From contig MTLP01000012.1 in NCBI GenBank assembly GCA_002009975.1, forward strand, positions 161,698 to 225,697: 64,000 nucleotides of DNA, written 5' to 3'. The stretch is from Thermococcus sp. JdFR-02 (GTDB taxonomy: Archaea; Methanobacteriota_B; Thermococci; Thermococcales; Thermococcaceae). The notes under the pieces are model-generated. The model saw only the letters and a program-made list of their open reading frames with translations, was not told the origin of the DNA and did no database searches. Each line of letters starts with the position of its first letter. Positions within the stretch are counted from its first letter, which is position 1. Both the position numbers and the translations under genes were made by a program. Positions 60,835 through 64,000 of this stretch are shown here, piece after piece.

Positions 60835-61374
60835 CTAAACATGCTTGTATTTCATTGGTTTTGTAAAGAGTTTTGGACTAGAGACCGCTGGAAGAACTTT
60901 GTATTCTGCGATTATTTTCCGCCCTATTAAAAAGTCTTCAATTGTTTTCTTGAGTTCTTTAAAATCTTTATCAAAGAACTTTATCACGATATCATACTCT
61001 CCAATGTATTCATCGACTTCAAATACCTTTGGATTATTCACGGCTTCTTGAATAAACGCTTTGATCTCTTCCTTTTTTGAACTTTCTTTAAATTTTATTA
61101 TAACATCTGCAGAGGCTAGACCAAATTCCTCAAAGATTAGAAGACCAATAACTTGAAGATAGCCTTTTTCTTGTAGTGCAAGTCTTCTTCTCCTTGCTGT
61201 TGGAGTAGAAACTCCAACAATCCTAGCTAATTCTGTATCTGGAAGTCTCCCATTTTCCCTTAATGCCAAATATATCATTACATCTATGTCATCAAGTTCC
61301 CCTTTGCTTATCTGCTTCCAAAACTCAATTTCCTTCCTATCCCATTTCTTATCTTGCAAATTAATTTTGTTCAT
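60835..61374 (-). CDS. Lrp/AsnC family transcription regulator
   Basis: LDDID..I...LRENGR....ELA..VGVS..T.RRR, GEYD; GGAGGG RBS. Confidence 0.9.
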   Translation of the reverse strand: MNKINLQDKKWDRKEIEFWKQISKGELDDIDVMIYLALRENGRLPDTELARIVGVSTPTARRRRLALQEKGYLQVIGLLIFEEFGLASADVIIKFKESSKKEEIKAFIQEAVNNPKVFEVDEYIGEYDIVIKFFDKDFKELKKTIEDFLIGRKIIAEYKVLPAVSSPKLFTKPMKYKHV

Positions 61375-61471
61375 ATTGTTCCCTCCTTTAAATACTAATG
61401 ATAAGAATAATAACAACAGATATATAAGGTTTTAAATACAGCTATGAAACATCTGAACTCTTGTTTAAATT

Positions 61472-61675
61472 TCAATCTGTGCCTGCTATAGTTATTGCTA
61501 TCAAGACTATTTTCCATCCAATTTGAGTTCCATGTTCATTAAAGTATGGCAAAATTCTTACTCCTACATGTCTGTATTTCTCTTTAAAGTTTTCACGCAA
61601 TTTTTCAGCTATTTTCTGTAATTCCTCCTTTTCAATACTTACATTGTTTATTATAAACTCTACAATCTTTTTCAT
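61472..61675 (-). CDS. 67-aa hypothetical protein coupled to the AlbB-like gene
   Basis: ATGA overlap and GAGGAG RBS. Confidence 0.6.
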   Translation of the reverse strand: MKKIVEFIINNVSIEKEELQKIAEKLRENFKEKYRHVGVRILPYFNEHGTQIGWKIVLIAITIAGTD

Positions 61676-61974
61676 TTTCTCTCCTCTTTTATTATTTTGG
61701 CTAGCTCTCGAGATAACTCGTCTAAGAAGTTAACAAAAGCTTCTTCATCGTACATAACTAAATCTTTCTTCTCCTCAATTAATTCCTGTAATTTTAGAAT
61801 TTGCTCATTAGCCTTTCCTTCTTTTTCCATGATATCTATTAGTCTTGAGGCGGCATCAACTAATCTGAGAGGACCATAGAGTATTGGCTCATCAACACAA
61901 CCTCTGGCACTCGTAATTAAAAATGCTAAAAGCTTAAAGTGATCATCTGTTAAAATGTTCTCCAAACTTTTCAA
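61672..61974 (-). CDS. AlbB-like (DUF6092) small helical partner of cyclodipeptide oxidase
   Basis: LLAFLITSARGCVDEPILYGPLRLVDAASR matches the AlbB pattern L.SS.RG...EP..YG..R..D.A.R (recalled); strong AAGGAGGTGG RBS inside the upstream gene. Confidence 0.78.
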   Translation of the reverse strand: MKSLENILTDDHFKLLAFLITSARGCVDEPILYGPLRLVDAASRLIDIMEKEGKANEQILKLQELIEEKKDLVMYDEEAFVNFLDELSRELAKIIKEERK

Positions 61975-62479
61975 TGTGAACCACCTCCTTCAAAGGTCTT
62001 CTTTTTGGAGGTTTGGGCATAAATTTGGGATAACCTACGCTAATGATCAGCACAGGCTCAACATGGTCTGGAACATCTAAAAGCTCCTTCAATGCAAGTT
62101 TGTTAAATGAAACTACTGGACATGAACCTATACCTAATGCATAAGCTGTTAACATCATATTTTGTGCAGCCATTGAAATATCCATCAAAGCAGTCTTTAC
62201 TCCCAATTTTCCACCTCTTTTTGCCCGTTCATGATTTATACAGAGAATTATTAAAGCAGAAGGATTTCCAAAGAGTCCAGGGGATATTAATTTTATTTTT
62301 TCTATTGTGCCTTTATTTTTAACTAAAATAAATTCCCAAGGTTGAATGTTACTCCCACTTGGCGCCCAAACTCCAGCTTCAAGAATTTTCTTCAAGTCTT
62401 GCATCGGAATGTCCTTGTCTTCAAATTTCCTTATACTTCTTCTTCCTCTAATAGCTTCAAATATTTCCACCACACCCAC
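61943..62479 (-). CDS. Nitroreductase-fold flavoprotein, AlbA (cyclodipeptide oxidase A)-like
   Basis: RRSIRKF, WAPSGSN.QPW, SPGL.G.P, GIGSCPV.SF, RR...EVV; overlaps the AlbB-like gene by 32 nt. Confidence 0.82.
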   Translation of the reverse strand: MGVVEIFEAIRGRRSIRKFEDKDIPMQDLKKILEAGVWAPSGSNIQPWEFILVKNKGTIEKIKLISPGLFGNPSALIILCINHERAKRGGKLGVKTALMDISMAAQNMMLTAYALGIGSCPVVSFNKLALKELLDVPDHVEPVLIISVGYPKFMPKPPKRRPLKEVVHIEKFGEHFNR

Positions 62480-62480
62480 C

Positions 62481-63188
62481 TCAAATTCTTTTTTTAGAGT
62501 GGGGCTCTCTAAAGCTTAGTTTGCTATGAGGTAACCCCAACCTTACTAAATCTTCCGCTATCTTTAGAGCAACTAAACCTGGTTCAATTACTGGAATACC
62601 GAGTCTTTGTTGAAGTTCTTTGCCTATACCAATAAGACTACCACAACTTAATATTATCAACTCGGCTCCATCTTCTTCTATAGCCTTCTCAGATTCTTCC
62701 AAAAGCTGTTTCTTTATTTTTTCCATATCTTTTACAATATCCAAAACCAAGAACTTTGTTATTCTTATTGAGGCAAGCTTGCTTTCTAAACCGTAAATTT
62801 TAATTGCATCATACGTCTTTCCTTTTGAATTTTCATCTCCAACCCCTACAATTGAAAACTTTCTTGCAAGCATGGAAGCTACATGAAGGCTTGCTTCCCT
62901 TATTCCTACCACTGGAATTTTAAGCTTCTCTTTTATTGCAAATAATCCTGGGTCACTAAAACAATATATGATCACGGCATCATAGCCTTCTTTCTCAGCT
63001 TTTTCTGCTTCCTTTAATGTTTCCAATTCAGCCCATGCTATATCATAGTATTGCTCTATTGATTCAGGACCTCTTTTTAGATTTACCACGGTTATTTCAG
63101 TATCTGAGTCTTTGATTTCTTCATAGGCCTTCTTAATCTTCTCATTCCAAACATGAGTGGAAACTGGTACAATTACCTTTATTCTCAT
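62481..63188 (-). CDS. Hydantoin racemase (Asp/Glu racemase superfamily)
   Basis: GPESIE, YCFSDPG, GAELIILSCG, IPVIEP. Confidence 0.85.
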   Translation of the reverse strand: MRIKVIVPVSTHVWNEKIKKAYEEIKDSDTEITVVNLKRGPESIEQYYDIAWAELETLKEAEKAEKEGYDAVIIYCFSDPGLFAIKEKLKIPVVGIREASLHVASMLARKFSIVGVGDENSKGKTYDAIKIYGLESKLASIRITKFLVLDIVKDMEKIKKQLLEESEKAIEEDGAELIILSCGSLIGIGKELQQRLGIPVIEPGLVALKIAEDLVRLGLPHSKLSFREPHSKKRI

Positions 63189-64000
63189 TTTTCACCCTCA
63201 AGCAATGCTACAGCAGCAAATATCTTTGCATCTTCTACCAGATTCTCTATCTTGGCGTATTCATTTACTTGGTGTGCTGTCTCATCTACCGTACTCCAGA
63301 CTGCTGCTGGAATTCCAATTTCTCTAAAGAATGTTGCAAAAGTCCCTCCTCCAATTCCTCCAACTCTAGGTGAGATATTCCTTAGTATTTTGAGAGCCTT
63401 TACGAGCAATTTTACAATCTCAGAATCTGGAGATGTAGGCAAGGGGGCTTTACTCTTTCTAAGTACGTTAATCTCAATCTTAGCACCATACTTCTCTTCA
63501 AAGGTTTTCGCTAACTCATGTATATCTTTAAGAATCTCATCTAAGTCATGCTCTGGAAGAACACGACAATCAAAGTAAATTATATCTTCTCCGGGAATTA
63601 TGTTTATCGCATCAACGTTCTTCTCTTTTTTTGTAGGCTCAAAAGTACTTATGGGCGGATCAAATAGGTCATTTTTATCTGAATATTTTTCATAAAGCAT
63701 ATCATGCAAAGCTGTGGCAAATCTCATTCCAACTAAGTGGGCGTTTATTCCCTTCTCCGGACTCATGGCGTGAGTTTGTTTACCAATCGTTTTTACTTGA
63801 AATGCTAGCCTACTCTTCTCTGCAACTTCAATAAATGAACCATCCGAGTTACCTGCATCAGGGACTAAGACTAGGTCGTTTTTTCTAAACAACTTTGGAT
63901 GGTTTTTGATTAGCCATTTTAATCCGTACTTGCTTCCTGTTTCTTCGTCACTAACAAATGCTAGGATTATTGTTCTTTTTGGTCTTATTCCCAAGTTCAT
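63185..64000 (-). CDS. M20 (DapE/ArgE-like) metallohydrolase (partial, start beyond window)
   Basis: SDEETGS, AEK, G...HA..P..GINA, N.IPG, GGGT, AHQ.NE. Confidence 0.9.
   Translation of the reverse strand: MNLGIRPKRTIILAFVSDEETGSKYGLKWLIKNHPKLFRKNDLVLVPDAGNSDGSFIEVAEKSRLAFQVKTIGKQTHAMSPEKGINAHLVGMRFATALHDMLYEKYSDKNDLFDPPISTFEPTKKEKNVDAINIIPGEDIIYFDCRVLPEHDLDEILKDIHELAKTFEEKYGAKIEINVLRKSKAPLPTSPDSEIVKLLVKALKILRNISPRVGGIGGGTFATFFREIGIPAAVWSTVDETAHQVNEYAKIENLVEDAKIFAAVALLEGEK

Noticed and set aside
51517-64000. Reading the cluster as an albonoursin-like biosynthetic cluster
   Set aside because: No CDPS or NRPS in the window, and the transporter is an importer with a binding protein; not fully excluded because the cluster continues past 64000

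Overview
Gene-dense archaeal DNA typical of Thermococcales. The evidence is GGTGA/GGAGG ribosome-binding sites, a perfect Thermococcales glycolytic motif, DUF257/DUF835 genes and a CGP-CTERM-like tail; genus Thermococcus is inferred. No rRNA, tRNA, CRISPR array or transposase was seen. Three zones stand out. (1) 1-26 kb and 40-51.5 kb hold mostly core and conserved genes: Lon-like protease, tldD/pmbA, CGTase-like GH13, phosphohexomutase, PEGA proteins, sufS, pyrBI and a ThiR-like gene. (2) About 26.3-40.3 kb is a plasticity zone of SAM methyltransferases, GNATs, exporters and several small gene relics. (3) 51.5-64 kb is a co-oriented minus-strand cluster: M20 hydrolase, three hydantoin-racemase paralogs, a nitroreductase plus overlapping small helical protein resembling the AlbA/AlbB cyclodipeptide oxidase, an Lrp regulator, a Dpp/Opp ABC importer, DUF917 and an M29-like peptidase. 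No cyclodipeptide synthase is present in the window. The best candidate for an undescribed system is zone 3, read as an archaeal cyclic-dipeptide (diketopiperazine) or hydantoin uptake and catabolism pathway. All family calls come from motif recognition by eye, not database searches.
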